Below are positions 10,522 through 21,682 of a DNA stretch of 64,000 nucleotides, piece after piece; positions within the stretch are counted from its first letter, which is position 1, and every line of letters starts with the position of its first letter. Made by a program: the position numbers and the translations under genes. A model generated the notes under the pieces. The model was not told the origin of the DNA. It did not search any database and was given only the letters and a program-made list of their open reading frames with translations. Source of the DNA: Nitrospirota bacterium (GTDB lineage: Bacteria; Nitrospirota; UBA9217); the NCBI GenBank assembly GCA_963845065.1, contig CAWJQQ010000005.1, positions 64,001 through 128,000 on the forward strand, written 5' to 3'.

Positions 10522-11706
10522 CTACGAGATCAGGCCGAACTTTCTTCCGACTTTCTCGATCACGTTGAGCACCCGGTCGAGCATTTCGTCGGTATGGGTT
10601 GCCATGTAGCTCGTACGGATGAGGCAGCGACCCAGCGGGGTGGCCGGTGGAACTACGGGATTCACGAACACCCCCTCATCGAACAAGGTTTTCCACATCA
10701 GGAACGTCCGCTCCATTTCACCTATGACGAGCGGGATGATCGGCGTCGCGGCGACGCCCGTGTCGTAGCCCATCTGTTTGAACGCCTCCATCATCTTGCG
10801 CGCGTTGTGCCATAGCCGCTCCCTTCGTTCCGGTTCCCGATCGATGATATCAAGCGCTGCGATGACCGCCGCCACCGAGGCCGGCGGAGGGCTTGCGGAA
10901 AAAATGAGCGGACGGGAGTTATGCTTCATGTAATGGATCACATCAATGTCAGCCGCGGCGAATCCGCCGATGGATGCCATGGATTTGCTGTAGGTGCCCA
11001 TGATCACATCCACTTCCTTCTCGAGGCCAAAATGTTCGGCGGTCCCGCGGCCGGTCTTGCCCAGAACCCCTATGCCATGAGCGTCGTCCACCATGAGCCG
11101 TGCCCCGTGTTTTCTGCAGACCTTGATGATGTCGGGGAGCGGCGCGATGTCTCCCTCCATGCTGTATACACCGTCAACGACCACAAGTTTGCCTCGTTTC
11201 CCACTTTCCTTGAGGATATATTCGAGGCTGTCCATGTCGTTGTGCTTGAACTTTTTGGTATCGGCGAATGATAGCCTGCAGGCGTCAACAATGCTCGCGT
11301 GATCGAGTTTGTCGATTACGACTACGTCGTCCTTGCCTGCAAGGGCGGATATGATTCCGAGGTTTGTTTGATATCCTGTGGAAAAGGTGAGTGCCGCGTC
11401 CTTGCGAAAGAACGAGGCAAGATTTTCTTCCAGTTTCACATGGATGTCAAGCGTTCCGTTCAAGAAGCGAGAGCCTGCGCAGCCGCTGCCATATTTCATT
11501 ACAGCTTCGATGGCCGCTTGCTTTACTTTAGGATGGCTGGTAAGCCCGAGATAATTGTTCGACCCAAGCATAATCATCTTCTTGCCCTCGACGACAACCT
11601 CGGGGCTCTGCTCCGATTCCACGACGTGAAAATACGGATAAAAGCCGGCGGCCATAACCTCTTTCGCGGCCGTAAACTTCCGGCATTTTTCGAACAAATC
11701 TGTCAT
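10522..11706 (-). CDS. spt: Serine palmitoyltransferase-like alpha-oxoamine synthase (PLP)
   Basis: [27 protein letters not shown] (PLP Lys), N-terminal YPYF; cerS/cerR context favours SPT over BioF/KBL; probable start 11706 (RBS GAGGAGG), ORF extends to 11778. Confidence 0.82.
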   Translation of the reverse strand: MTDLFEKCRKFTAAKEVMAAGFYPYFHVVESEQSPEVVVEGKKMIMLGSNNYLGLTSHPKVKQAAIEAVMKYGSGCAGSRFLNGTLDIHVKLEENLASFFRKDAALTFSTGYQTNLGIISALAGKDDVVVIDKLDHASIVDACRLSFADTKKFKHNDMDSLEYILKESGKRGKLVVVDGVYSMEGDIAPLPDIIKVCRKHGARLMVDDAHGIGVLGKTGRGTAEHFGLEKEVDVIMGTYSKSMASIGGFAAADIDVIHYMKHNSRPLIFSASPPPASVAAVIAALDIIDREPERRERLWHNARKMMEAFKQMGYDTGVAATPIIPLVIGEMERTFLMWKTLFDEGVFVNPVVPPATPLGRCLIRTSYMATHTDEMLDRVLNVIEKVGRKFGLIS

Positions 11707-11744
11707 TCTTGCCTCCTCAGCCCTCAATGAAGTTGGTTCTGTTA

Positions 11745-12743
11745 CTACAGCCATTTGTTTTTTCTGTACCATTGCCATGTAAGTTCCAGCCCTTTCTCCA
11801 AAGGATGCTCCGTCCGAAAGCGGAGGTCATCCTCGGTCTTGCCAACGTCGCAAAGCCAATATCTCTGAGCTGCTTCCCGTACCTTCTGCCTGTTGGTTAG
11901 TGCCGGTCTTTTGCTAAACAGGCTTCCGATTTCAGAAGCGAGGCCGATCAGGTATGCCGCTCCGTAAGGAATTTTTATCGTGCGCGCCTTAACATCGCCA
12001 GTGGCAAGCAACAACGCCCTGACTTCCGACCACGAGTAGGGCCTCTTCTCCGCGACAAAATATACGCTGCCGCTCTGCGTCCTATGCTCGGCTGAAAGAA
12101 GCAGCGCCACTGCCAGGTCTTCGACATAGCACAGGTTGAGATATCGATCTCCCCCAGTAACCTCGAGAGTCAGGCCGCGACTGGCCCAGCGAAACAGTTC
12201 GTAAATATCCACATCTCTCGGTCCATAGATGCTCGATGGCCTGAGAATCACGATAGGGAGACGGTCTTTGTAATTACGAACCTCGTTTTCTGCAAGCAGC
12301 TTGCTTCTGCCGTAATCAGACACAGGATGTGGTATGTCGACATCTTTGACCGGTCGTCCGTCCGAGCTCGGACCTGCCGCCGCCTGACTGGAGACCAATA
12401 CAAATTTCTCAATACCGGGATTATATCGTGCACAAGCTTCTACAAGATTTTTTGTGCCGAGTTGGTTCACTAGATAATAATCGTGAGCGTGTAAAGCTTT
12501 GGTAAGTCCAGCGCAGTGGAATACGATTGAGACTCCTTGCACGGCACCGGCAAGCGATTCTGGCTGCGTACAGTCGCCGTGCACCAGTCGCACGTCCATT
12601 CCCTCAAGCCAGCGCAAATGAAGAGGATCTCTTACCAAACAGGTTAGTGCATAACCGTTTCGAAGAAGCAGTTCGACAAGATGACTTCCCACAAAACCTG
12701 TTCCGCCCGTAACCAGTACACGTCGTGAACCCTCTCCCGCCAT
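11745..12743 (-). CDS. NAD-dependent epimerase/SDR, ceramide reductase (CerR)-like
   Basis: TGGTGFVG Rossmann motif, SSQAA, YGRSK catalytic YxxxK; first gene of the spt-cerS operon. Confidence 0.75.
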   Translation of the reverse strand: MAGEGSRRVLVTGGTGFVGSHLVELLLRNGYALTCLVRDPLHLRWLEGMDVRLVHGDCTQPESLAGAVQGVSIVFHCAGLTKALHAHDYYLVNQLGTKNLVEACARYNPGIEKFVLVSSQAAAGPSSDGRPVKDVDIPHPVSDYGRSKLLAENEVRNYKDRLPIVILRPSSIYGPRDVDIYELFRWASRGLTLEVTGGDRYLNLCYVEDLAVALLLSAEHRTQSGSVYFVAEKRPYSWSEVRALLLATGDVKARTIKIPYGAAYLIGLASEIGSLFSKRPALTNRQKVREAAQRYWLCDVGKTEDDLRFRTEHPLEKGLELTWQWYRKNKWL

Positions 12744-13099
12744 CCTCCCTCCCCGTCCAACACTTACCTAAGTGTATCCATATTATCGGCAATGTCAAGA
12801 AGTAACCGTTACATCTCAAGATCACCTTAACATGATTATTAAGTTTTTCTTCCTAAAGTTCTAGTGTCTGTTCTACGACAGCGGGATACTCCAGAATCCC
12901 AACCAGTAATATAACTTCTATAGTTACAAAACTACCGTCAAGTCCGCCATCTATTCTATGGACACTGCAATGCAATTCTTCGGAGTTCTTAAAGTATACA
13001 TATTACTACCAGAAGACCGCGTGAGTTTTTTGACTACATGTCTTGCGACCCGATAATCTTTTTTTTAGCGTTTATCTTTCAGCTAAAGGTTCAGTCACG

Positions 13100-13225
13100 C
13101 AAAGCCTCCGAAAATCTCACCGACCCGGCAGAAGAAGTGTAGATTGCGAATTAATTCACAAGAACGATGATCGAAGACCTCGAAACAGCAATGGAGCAAT
13201 TAAAAGAAATCGCTGAGGATTATAT
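13100..13225 (+). pseudogene. C-terminal remnant of a type I R-M methyltransferase (HsdM)
   Basis: ASENLTDP ... MIEDLETAMEQLKEIAED resembles the HsdM C-terminal helix (ENLPDP..IVEDLEAALEQF). Confidence 0.5.
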
Positions 13226-13316
13226 GAAGCATTCCCTGAAACAGGAGCCCCACTTCAGAATGATTGGCGCACTCGTTGATGATGCGAAAGACTTTCTTTG
13301 TCATACCGTGCGTCAT

Positions 13317-13976
13317 TTATTGCTCTTTGCAGACAATATTCGCGAAGTAGCTCTCAGCCGACGTGCCGGTGTGTTGGGAATTGATCTGTATCCTGACGGC
13401 TTCGACGTCGCCCGGCTCCCCGCCGAAGAGTTTCCTGTAATCGTCGTAAACGTTACGTGTCTCGGTTATCCAGGAGCCTGTTCCGGTCTTGCCTGAACGA
13501 ATGACGACGGCCTTGATGGACATGAAGAAGGGAGCGGCCGCGGACGCCATGGTCCCCTGCGGCGCTGTTGTGTCCCATATATAGACTATCGCCCGGGTCT
13601 TGGAAAAAGCGAGAAAAAGCTGGGCAGCCTGGTCGTCGGTATTTGAATTTCTGAAATCTCCTCCGTCGGGCAGCTTCGTCACCTTCCACTTCCATGTGAG
13701 GATTGGGTACTGCTTGAGATTAACGTGAACTTCCTTCTGCAAGGAAAAGGAGGTATTCGCGCTGCGCATGCGCACAGCGGAGACTCCATTGTCCTTGACG
13801 ACTGCGAAATCCGCTTTTCCTGTTTTTTCCTTAACCTGCCACCCGGCGGGTACGCCGGTGGCATCTACCGTGGACGCGAAGTCTGCGATCACTACCTGGC
13901 CTGTGGCCCAGACGGGGACAGAACACATCATGACAATTACCAAAACGGTCCTCCACTTCAACGGAAACGATGACAT
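13317..13976 (-). CDS. DUF3047 exported protein
   Basis: Signal peptide; PILTWKWKV, DDQAAQLF, IVYIWD, WITETRNVYDDY motifs; GAGGAGG RBS before 13976. Confidence 0.85.
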   Translation of the reverse strand: MSSFPLKWRTVLVIVMMCSVPVWATGQVVIADFASTVDATGVPAGWQVKEKTGKADFAVVKDNGVSAVRMRSANTSFSLQKEVHVNLKQYPILTWKWKVTKLPDGGDFRNSNTDDQAAQLFLAFSKTRAIVYIWDTTAPQGTMASAAAPFFMSIKAVVIRSGKTGTGSWITETRNVYDDYRKLFGGEPGDVEAVRIQINSQHTGTSAESYFANIVCKEQ

Positions 13977-14446
13977 AAGCACCTCCTCAGAAATATGTCT
14001 ACTTTTTGATAGTTTCGGCTCCCCATGCTGAACGAGCAAACCTTATGCAAATAATACAGGATATTTTTTGGCCATTATTTAGACAAAACCAAGAAATGAC
14101 TCAAGAATTTTTTCGCGTTTATTCGCGAAACTATCATAGATCGCTCCCTGCATATAATATCGCGCGTATGATAATATTAATACTACCTGAAGCTCGCGAC
14201 TCCAACTTTTTTGATCATATCATATTAAAACCCCTGCTGACCATACGGAAAATGTAATACCATGCAAATATCAGAGACCATAAACACTTTCAAGATGAAG
14301 CAGTTCATGACTCTGAATCAGAGCACGCAAGATCAGAACAATAGGCTGCTAGATCATGCAGCATTTCGTCGTGGAAACATGTCGAGTTTCATTCTGTATT
14401 CTAACAATAAACCCTCGCTAGTTGATAATCATATGAAGGCACCTCT

Positions 14447-14700
14447 GCATATCAGAGAGGGTTGGCTCTCTGATATGCTTTAAGGAATGAAGCCCATTCT
14501 AACCTTGGGGATACTTTATGAAATTGTACTCGGGATTAGACCTACATTCAAGCAACATGTACCTAGCAATTGATGATGAGATCGGCAAACGTCTTTTCAA
14601 GAGGAGGCTTCCGAATGATCGTGAGCTTATTCTGTCGACTCTTAAATATTATAAAAACGACATAGTCGGCATCGTGGTAGCGTTCACTTATAAAATGCGC
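14447..14700 (+). mobile_element. IS110-family remnant: 5' part of the transposase plus upstream hairpin
   Basis: MKLYSGLDLHSSN...GIVV RuvC-like DEDD N-terminus from 14518; homology lost near 14690; perfect 13-bp stem at 14447-14478. Confidence 0.75.
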
Positions 14701-14801
14701 TTAAAAAAGGCATTAGACGGAGTTGGGGTGAGGGCTTCCCTAATATCTGATCCTACCAATAGTGCTAATTATTGGCCCTTGCGGGCGCTGACATTCGCCC
14801 T

Positions 14802-17800
14802 TCACATCTCACATACCGGACCCATAGCTTTTCGGAAACGTGTCAAACATGCATCAAGGACTAGCACTAGTCGTTCGGCTTCATCCAGTCGTCCCTGCTG
14901 GGCCGCTGTCTCAATCGCTTCCGCCGCTGAGGTTATCTCCCGTGCACTCATATTCGCCGCCGCGCCCTTGATAGTGTGCGCCTGGGTTTCTATATTATGT
15001 GCATTACCGCTTTCGATAGAACTGGCCAGCTGCTCAACATGTTTCGACGTCGATGAAAGAAACAACGCAACCATATCTGTCAGAAGCTTTTTGTCGCCAC
15101 CGAGCCGGTCCAGGAGATCTTCACAGTCGAAAACGCTGGAGGATACTATTGCCATCGGTCTCTTCAAGGATACCGTCTCGTCATAATGATGCATGAGTTT
15201 TTCTTCGATGGCGGCCTGCAGCTCTCTCGGCTGAACAGGTTTGGAAATGTATCCGTTCATGCCAGCTTCATGGCACCGGTCCCGGTCAGCCTGAGCGGCA
15301 TGAGCAGTCATGGCAATAATCGGGACCGCATGATCAAGCACCGCTGACCCGGGGGTGCGAATGATCCTCGTTGCTTCAAGGCCATCCATACCCGGCATCT
15401 GCACATCCATCAGGACAAGCTGGTACCGCGTAGTTTCGAGCGCTTTAACCGCATCGCTTCCGGAGGCAACGACAACAGCTCGATAGCCCATTTTTTCCAG
15501 CATCCTGGTAGCCACTTTCTGGTTTACGACATTATCTTCTGCGAGCAGGATGCGGATGTTACCCCGCCTGATCTCGCTCATGGAATGACGTGTAATTATG
15601 TTTCTGTCTCGACGTGGCCGGCTTTCTCGCGCAAGTACGATCCTTAAGACATCTGACAGATCACATTCTGAAACGGGTTTTGTGAGATAGGCCGCGAATC
15701 CTATCTCCTCCATGCGTTTTGCATCACCGGCCTGCCCCACGGAGGTCGTCATCACTAACCTGATGTCCTCTAGAGCCGGATCGGACTTGATCGCGCGTCC
15801 CAGCATTTCTCCGTCCATTCCCCGTAAGTCCCGGTCCAAAATTGCTGCGTGGTATGGAGCGCCTTTGTTCGCAGCTTGCTGTAGTGCTTTGATGGCGACG
15901 GGGCCATCTTCTGCGATGACAACTTTGGCGCCTTTGGACTTAAGCAGATCGGTCAAAGCCGTTCGGCTAGGAGCATTGCTGTCCACGAGCAGAATGCGGG
16001 AATTATTTAACTCGGCAAGAGTTGTCATCGTCAAGCCCGGAGTTGACTGTTTTTCGAAATACACGGTAAACCAAAATTCCGCTCCCTTACCTTCCTCGCT
16101 GATCACACTAATGTCGCCGCCCATCAGACCGACCAGTTGCTTAGATATGGCGAGGCCTAGGCCGGTACCACCGTATTTTCGCGTGATCGACGAATCAACT
16201 TGTGAAAAACTCTGAAAGAGCAGCTTCTGTTTTTCTGCGGAAATACCGATTCCTGAATCGATGACTGAAAAACGCAGTTCCACGCTGCGTTCTGTCTCCG
16301 AAAGAAGACTGATGCGAACTACGATCCTTCCCCGCGTCGTAAATTTAACAGAATTACCCGCCAGGTTGTATAGCACCTGCCGCAGTCGGCCAGGATCTCC
16401 GGTGAGGTAAGAAGGAACCTCGGGGTCAACGCTGCAGAAAAATTCCAGCCCTTTATTTCTCGCTTGTACCACGATCATGACCCGGAAGTCATCGAGCATG
16501 GCGCGAAGGTCGAAATTGATCTTTTCAATGGTTAACTTGCCCGCCTCCATTTTAGAAAAATCGAGAATGTCATTAATCAGTTTGAGAAGATTCTCCCCGC
16601 TCAAGCGTACGATCTCAGCATATTCGTGCTGCTCGTTAGTCAGTTTCGTATCCAGTAGCAGGTTGGTCATGCCGATGACGCCATTCATAGGAGTCCGGAT
16701 CTCATGGCTCATATTGGCAAGAAACTCGCTTTTAGCAATATTGGCCGCCTCGGCTTGTCTGGTCATGGCGTTGGCTCGCCCGATCGCCTCCTCGAGTTCA
16801 CGGTTAGACGATTGTAGCTCGTCCATGGCCGATCTCAGCGCCGCTTCCGCTTTCTTACGCTCCGAAATGTCTCGCAAAATGCCTTCCACTCCAACGGGTC
16901 TCCGTGCATCGTCCAGAAGCATATGAGCACTTAAAGAAACCAGTACCATGCCACCATTTTTGGTTTTCATCTGAAGCTCATGGTCAGACACCTCACCTCT
17001 CGTGGATAGAAGAGTAAGAAGTTTCTCCCGCTCCCTAGGATCGGCATACACATTAGTGACCGGTTTTCCAAGTAGTTCCTCGCGCTGAAAACCGCCGTAT
17101 CGATACACCGACGGACTGATTTCTACTATATTGCCGTCAAGGTCTGTCTGGTAAAAGACGTCCTGGATGTTCTGAAAAATCATTCGGTATTGGTTTTCGC
17201 TTTTCTGGCGTTCTTTCTCGGCGTGTTTACGCTCTGAAATATCCTGGGCCACAAGCACCATACCATCCACGCATTCACCCTTCCGCATGATAGATGCCGA
17301 AAGTAATACTGGGATTTCCTTACTATTTTTTGCACACAATAGCTCTTCAATGTTGTTGATATGGCCTTCAAGCATAACAGTTTTCCTGAATGCGAAACGC
17401 TCCGACCAGGCTCCACTGAAAATGACTGAAACTTCCTTCCCAATGAGCTCGTGTTCTTCATACCCTAATACAGTGAGCGTCGCTGCGTTGACCCGTACGA
17501 TCTTCTCATCTGGAGACAGAACGATCAATGCGTTAATCATGCTCTCGACGATATTATCCATATAATCCTTGGAAACCGTTACTGAGTTAAGATCGTCGAT
17601 CATCTTGTTAAAGCTATCTACGAGGATTTTCACCTCGCCCGTCGCGTTGATTTCCGTTTTTTGGAAGATATTTGAAGCGGCAAGGCGAGACACTGCATGA
17701 GACAGTTCAAGGATGGGGTTGAAGATAATTTTCCTCGATATGACAAAGAGAATATAACCGAGTAGTGTGGAGAATACAAGGGTGAGTGCGAGTACGGAAA

Positions 17801-18341
17801 CCACTGTTCGAAAGATTTGTTGATACATTCGATGCTTAGACAAGCCGACAGCTACAGAGCCTATTTCAAGAGGATTTACCTGGATAGGCACGCTAACTTC
17901 AAGCAAGGGTTCATGCTTCCCGAGCTTAGTGAGAATGTCTTCCACGCTAATGCCCTTCGGGAATTTCGATAGTACAACGTTTAATCTGGGCGAGTGATAA
18001 TTAATACTGGCGAATTGCGAAGTCAGCGGCCGTCCTTCCGTGTCGCGAACAACGGCATAGACGATATCCTCCCCCTTTTCTATATTGTTGACAATGGAAT
18101 CCAGTTGGGTCCAGTCTTTAGCAATCAACGGCTCTTTGCTCAAACCAGCGATATAGGATGCAAGGTTCCATCCACTTAATTCTAGCGTCTGTTCAAAAGC
18201 TCGTTTTTCAATGCCTGCGATGATGATGTTTCCGAGAACCAGCCCGGTGAGAAGCAGTACAACCATAGCGCTTAGAAATTGCAGGCGAATGCTTTTTTTT
18301 ACTGCAGATTTTATCATAAACCGTCTTTCCGGGTTACTCAA
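14802..18341 (-). CDS. Hybrid sensor histidine kinase (TM-HAMP-PAS-PAS-HisKA-HATPase-REC-REC-Hpt)
   Basis: FLANMSHEIRTPMNG, GGTGLGLAI, LMDVQMP, AHTIKGAA. Confidence 0.95.
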   Translation of the reverse strand: MSNPERRFMIKSAVKKSIRLQFLSAMVVLLLTGLVLGNIIIAGIEKRAFEQTLELSGWNLASYIAGLSKEPLIAKDWTQLDSIVNNIEKGEDIVYAVVRDTEGRPLTSQFASINYHSPRLNVVLSKFPKGISVEDILTKLGKHEPLLEVSVPIQVNPLEIGSVAVGLSKHRMYQQIFRTVVSVLALTLVFSTLLGYILFVISRKIIFNPILELSHAVSRLAASNIFQKTEINATGEVKILVDSFNKMIDDLNSVTVSKDYMDNIVESMINALIVLSPDEKIVRVNAATLTVLGYEEHELIGKEVSVIFSGAWSERFAFRKTVMLEGHINNIEELLCAKNSKEIPVLLSASIMRKGECVDGMVLVAQDISERKHAEKERQKSENQYRMIFQNIQDVFYQTDLDGNIVEISPSVYRYGGFQREELLGKPVTNVYADPREREKLLTLLSTRGEVSDHELQMKTKNGGMVLVSLSAHMLLDDARRPVGVEGILRDISERKKAEAALRSAMDELQSSNRELEEAIGRANAMTRQAEAANIAKSEFLANMSHEIRTPMNGVIGMTNLLLDTKLTNEQHEYAEIVRLSGENLLKLINDILDFSKMEAGKLTIEKINFDLRAMLDDFRVMIVVQARNKGLEFFCSVDPEVPSYLTGDPGRLRQVLYNLAGNSVKFTTRGRIVVRISLLSETERSVELRFSVIDSGIGISAEKQKLLFQSFSQVDSSITRKYGGTGLGLAISKQLVGLMGGDISVISEEGKGAEFWFTVYFEKQSTPGLTMTTLAELNNSRILLVDSNAPSRTALTDLLKSKGAKVVIAEDGPVAIKALQQAANKGAPYHAAILDRDLRGMDGEMLGRAIKSDPALEDIRLVMTTSVGQAGDAKRMEEIGFAAYLTKPVSECDLSDVLRIVLARESRPRRDRNIITRHSMSEIRRGNIRILLAEDNVVNQKVATRMLEKMGYRAVVVASGSDAVKALETTRYQLVLMDVQMPGMDGLEATRIIRTPGSAVLDHAVPIIAMTAHAAQADRDRCHEAGMNGYISKPVQPRELQAAIEEKLMHHYDETVSLKRPMAIVSSSVFDCEDLLDRLGGDKKLLTDMVALFLSSTSKHVEQLASSIESGNAHNIETQAHTIKGAAANMSAREITSAAEAIETAAQQGRLDEAERLVLVLDACLTRFRKAMGPVCEM

Positions 18342-19308
18342 TGATACGCTGGGCCGCTTTGAGAATATCAGGGGGGATAATAAAGTCCCCTTTGTGCGCC
18401 GTGCCCCTATTTAAAATCAGACTGAAAGACCTAGCTCTTTCAATTGGAATAGAGGACGGTTTAGCACCGCGAAGTATTTTGACGGCTTTCTTTCCCGACA
18501 AGCTACCAACAACGTCGAAATCGGCACAAACACCCAGCAGCGCACCTTTCTCCACTAAATCCTCAAGGTGGGTGACAGTTACGATTTTGGCTCTGTTCGC
18601 CAGCTCGACGATCAGCGAAAGTTGATCAGTTACCACTGGACAACCCGTGAGATACAACGCGTCCGAGTTGCGCAACACTTCGGGCAAAATCGCCTCAATA
18701 TCCTCTCTACTGGCCATGGGGGCTGGTAAAAGGTCAATGCTGAATCGTGCATGCACCGCCTGCAGATCACGTAGTTCGGACTCTGAGTTCTTTTCTCCAA
18801 TGGTATAAAGTACGGCGAGCCGTTTTACCGAGGTGAATTGAACAAGCCTCTCCATTATCCGATCCATAGGAATCTTATTGCTTACGCCGGTTGTGTTGTT
18901 GCCCGAACTTCGCCATGATTTCGCAATTCCCGCTTCTACCGGATCATACACGACGCTGAATACTAGCGGGACTTCCTTTATCTCGCGCGCGGTTGGGACC
19001 GCAGCGGATGTGCCGAGTGTAAAGATTAAATCTAACTTCGCTTCGGCGAATTGCCGAACTAGCTCTGCCATTTTCGCCTTGTTGCCCATGGCATTCTCCA
19101 TAATGATTTCCGTGTGCGGTTTCCGATATCCGGCCTTGTCCAGAACATCACGGATACCGCTCACCGCTTCATGGTATCGAAGTGCATCACTGAACATTAA
19201 TATGCCGATTTTTTTGTTTTCCGACGCGTTAGTGTTTGATAGAGGTATGAACGGTATGACCGCCAGCATCATGGTGATGAGGATGAGTAGCATAAGGCAA
19301 CGATTCAT
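18334..19308 (-). CDS. ABC-type substrate-binding protein (ABC_sub_bind family)
   Basis: Signal peptide; VPLVFSVVYDPV.AG, NNTTGVS, GAKPSSIPIE motifs. Confidence 0.85.
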   Translation of the reverse strand: MNRCLMLLILITMMLAVIPFIPLSNTNASENKKIGILMFSDALRYHEAVSGIRDVLDKAGYRKPHTEIIMENAMGNKAKMAELVRQFAEAKLDLIFTLGTSAAVPTAREIKEVPLVFSVVYDPVEAGIAKSWRSSGNNTTGVSNKIPMDRIMERLVQFTSVKRLAVLYTIGEKNSESELRDLQAVHARFSIDLLPAPMASREDIEAILPEVLRNSDALYLTGCPVVTDQLSLIVELANRAKIVTVTHLEDLVEKGALLGVCADFDVVGSLSGKKAVKILRGAKPSSIPIERARSFSLILNRGTAHKGDFIIPPDILKAAQRIIE

Positions 19309-19338
19309 ACCGACCCCCTAGAGAACAGAATATCTGCA

Positions 19339-20862
19339 CTACTCGCTCAGTTTGGCATACGTTTCATCAAAAAGTGAAACCATATCTCTGAAAGCGTCCA
19401 ACACCTGTGGATCGAAATGCTGAGGGTCGGTTCTGTTGTCGCCTTCTGTGATAATCCTGACAGTCGTCGCATGATTAAACGCTGCCTTGTAAGGCCTTTC
19501 GCTGCGCAAGGCATCATACTGATCTGCAAGGTTCAAGATTCTTCCCTCGATCGGTATCCGCTCGCCCTTGAGACCTGCGGGATATCCGCTACCGTTCCAT
19601 CGTTCGTGATGCGTCAAGGCAATATTCCGGGCCATGCCGAAGACTGGATGATCGCCGATGATTGTCCCACCGTAAACTGTATGCAGCTTCATAATTTCCC
19701 ATTCCGAATCTGTTAATTTGCCCTTTTTCCCGAGAATCTGGGGTGGGACTTTGATCTTTCCGACATCATGCAGCGTAGCCTGTACGCGAATAGTATTGAT
19801 AAATTTGTCCGGCAGTCCTATTCTCTTTGCCAGAATGGCGCAATATTCACCAACCCGTAAGATGTGACTTCCCGTGTCCTCATCATTGGCCTCGGATGCC
19901 CGCGCGAGAGCATAGACCGTATATTCGAATGCGGACTCCGTCCTCTTCACCTGGGAGGCGAGCGATTTAAGGAACAGGCTCTGCGCAACAACGCTGTTCA
20001 GAACGTCAGCCTCATATCGAGATACATCTTTGCCGTAATTCAAGGCGAACAGGCACAGCTCGGTGCTTAGATAAGCCACTATATTTACCACAGATATGCC
20101 CTGTGCCCTGAGTAGCGTAGCAAATCCTATCAGGTCGGATTTCTCTATCTCCTGTTCGTTCACAAAATGGCTGCGATAGCCACCTTTTTCAGGAAGATTC
20201 AAGCATTTCCGCAGATCCAGCACAGAAATCATCTTGTGCAACGAGTCGGAGTCGGAATCATAGCTGTGCCATTGCCAGGAGCCTTGTTCTTCCGGGAGGC
20301 AAACAATAACGGCCTCGGGTCTGCTATTCATGTCGTGGCTTGTCCCCATTAGCGACATGACCATAGCGTCGATTCTCGATTGATAATCGAACTCGATAGG
20401 ATCGAACAAAATGATGCTCTCTCTCCCGAAGGTGATAAGATCTGCCATCATTTGATGCGAGCTGTGCAGTCGGTCATTGAGGTCCTTCATCTTCAATAGC
20501 ATCTTGATTCGCGCCAACACCTCTCCCCGGTCAAACGGCTTAGTGATAAAATCATCGGCGCCCGCCTCGATCCCCTTGACCCGGTTTTGAGTCGACGACA
20601 AAGCCGTGATCAGTACAACCGGAATATGACGTAACTGCTCATCATTTTTAATGGTTCTGCAAATCTCAAAGCCATCAACTTCCGGCATCATCACATCCAG
20701 AAGCGCAATGTCTGGCTTCTGTTCTGTAAGCATCGACAATGCGGTCTGGCCGTTATCCGCCGTAACAACATTGTACCCGTCACGCGCCAGCATAACTTCG
20801 AGCATTTTAATATTCACTGGCACGTCATCGGCACAGAGGATTAATGGTTTTCGTTTGGTCAT
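19339..20862 (-). CDS. Response regulator with HD-GYP output domain
   Basis: REC (LLDVMMP, GADDFITKPF); DTGSHILRV, LHDVGK, HHERWNGSGYP. Confidence 0.93.
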   Translation of the reverse strand: MTKRKPLILCADDVPVNIKMLEVMLARDGYNVVTADNGQTALSMLTEQKPDIALLDVMMPEVDGFEICRTIKNDEQLRHIPVVLITALSSTQNRVKGIEAGADDFITKPFDRGEVLARIKMLLKMKDLNDRLHSSHQMMADLITFGRESIILFDPIEFDYQSRIDAMVMSLMGTSHDMNSRPEAVIVCLPEEQGSWQWHSYDSDSDSLHKMISVLDLRKCLNLPEKGGYRSHFVNEQEIEKSDLIGFATLLRAQGISVVNIVAYLSTELCLFALNYGKDVSRYEADVLNSVVAQSLFLKSLASQVKRTESAFEYTVYALARASEANDEDTGSHILRVGEYCAILAKRIGLPDKFINTIRVQATLHDVGKIKVPPQILGKKGKLTDSEWEIMKLHTVYGGTIIGDHPVFGMARNIALTHHERWNGSGYPAGLKGERIPIEGRILNLADQYDALRSERPYKAAFNHATTVRIITEGDNRTDPQHFDPQVLDAFRDMVSLFDETYAKLSE

Positions 20863-21682
20863 GTGCGGTTTCTCCAGAGCTGTGTGTCAAGCAGGCCACC
20901 AAAAAGTTAGTGAATGTTGCGATATTCTCTGCATGAACAAATAAATCACAAAAAAATGTTACTTTATTTTCATCCCGGGCGCTCTGCTGAGCTTGTCGAC
21001 GAGAAATTGAAAAGCCGGTAACTGATGAGCGCCACGTTACAGAGAGCGTGGATGTATTTTGGATATAGTTCTGCCTTAATGCATAATCCAAGACCCGGCT
21101 CTTGAGTCAGTCTTCGTGAGACTCAATGATGTCATCAGGGGCTTCATGTCAGTTGATGCCGCATCGCCACGCGAAGGCAGTTGATTGCTCACAATGCATT
21201 GCTCCCGTTCAAAGGTTATTCCTCGATAATCTTATCGGCAGAAATGCAGGCAAACTTAAGAGTTAGAGAGAGCGCAATGCATAACCAAGATAATCAAGGA
21301 TGCCGCTGGGAGAGGACCCAGTGGCTGTGCTTCGGGGACAGTAAAATCGATACGATTTACAAATTTACATCTTTGCCTCTGGGGTCATGTATTAAAATCG
21401 ATATTGAACTTATTTAATTCATAAGAGCTCCTGATTGACTTCCTGTGAAGTCCACTATCGTTGCACTTATTGGAAATTGTGCTTTTCATATCTTAATTGA
21501 TAATGAGCATATGACCCACGTCAATGATATTCATTGCTGCTATCAACTACTATAATTCTCCGTTTTGCAAATGAGCGCTGTGTCTGATTAAACTATGTTT
21601 ATCGAGACTTCCTTGCAACGCTAATAGGTATTCGCTAATCTTGATCGCATGACAAATATCCATTGCGAATGGAAGATATAGT

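Noticed and set aside
13085..13135. ACGCAAAGCCTCCG resembling a c-di-GMP-I riboswitch core
   Set aside because: No upstream GGCAAA/P2 stem, and the same bases translate as the HsdM-like remnant KASENLTDP.
13167..13496. 109-aa ORF as a real gene
   Set aside because: Short HsdM-like tail followed by read-through antisense to the DUF3047 gene.
14518..15186. 222-aa ORF as a full-length protein
   Set aside because: Only the first about 57 residues are IS110-like; the rest is read-through antisense to the kinase.
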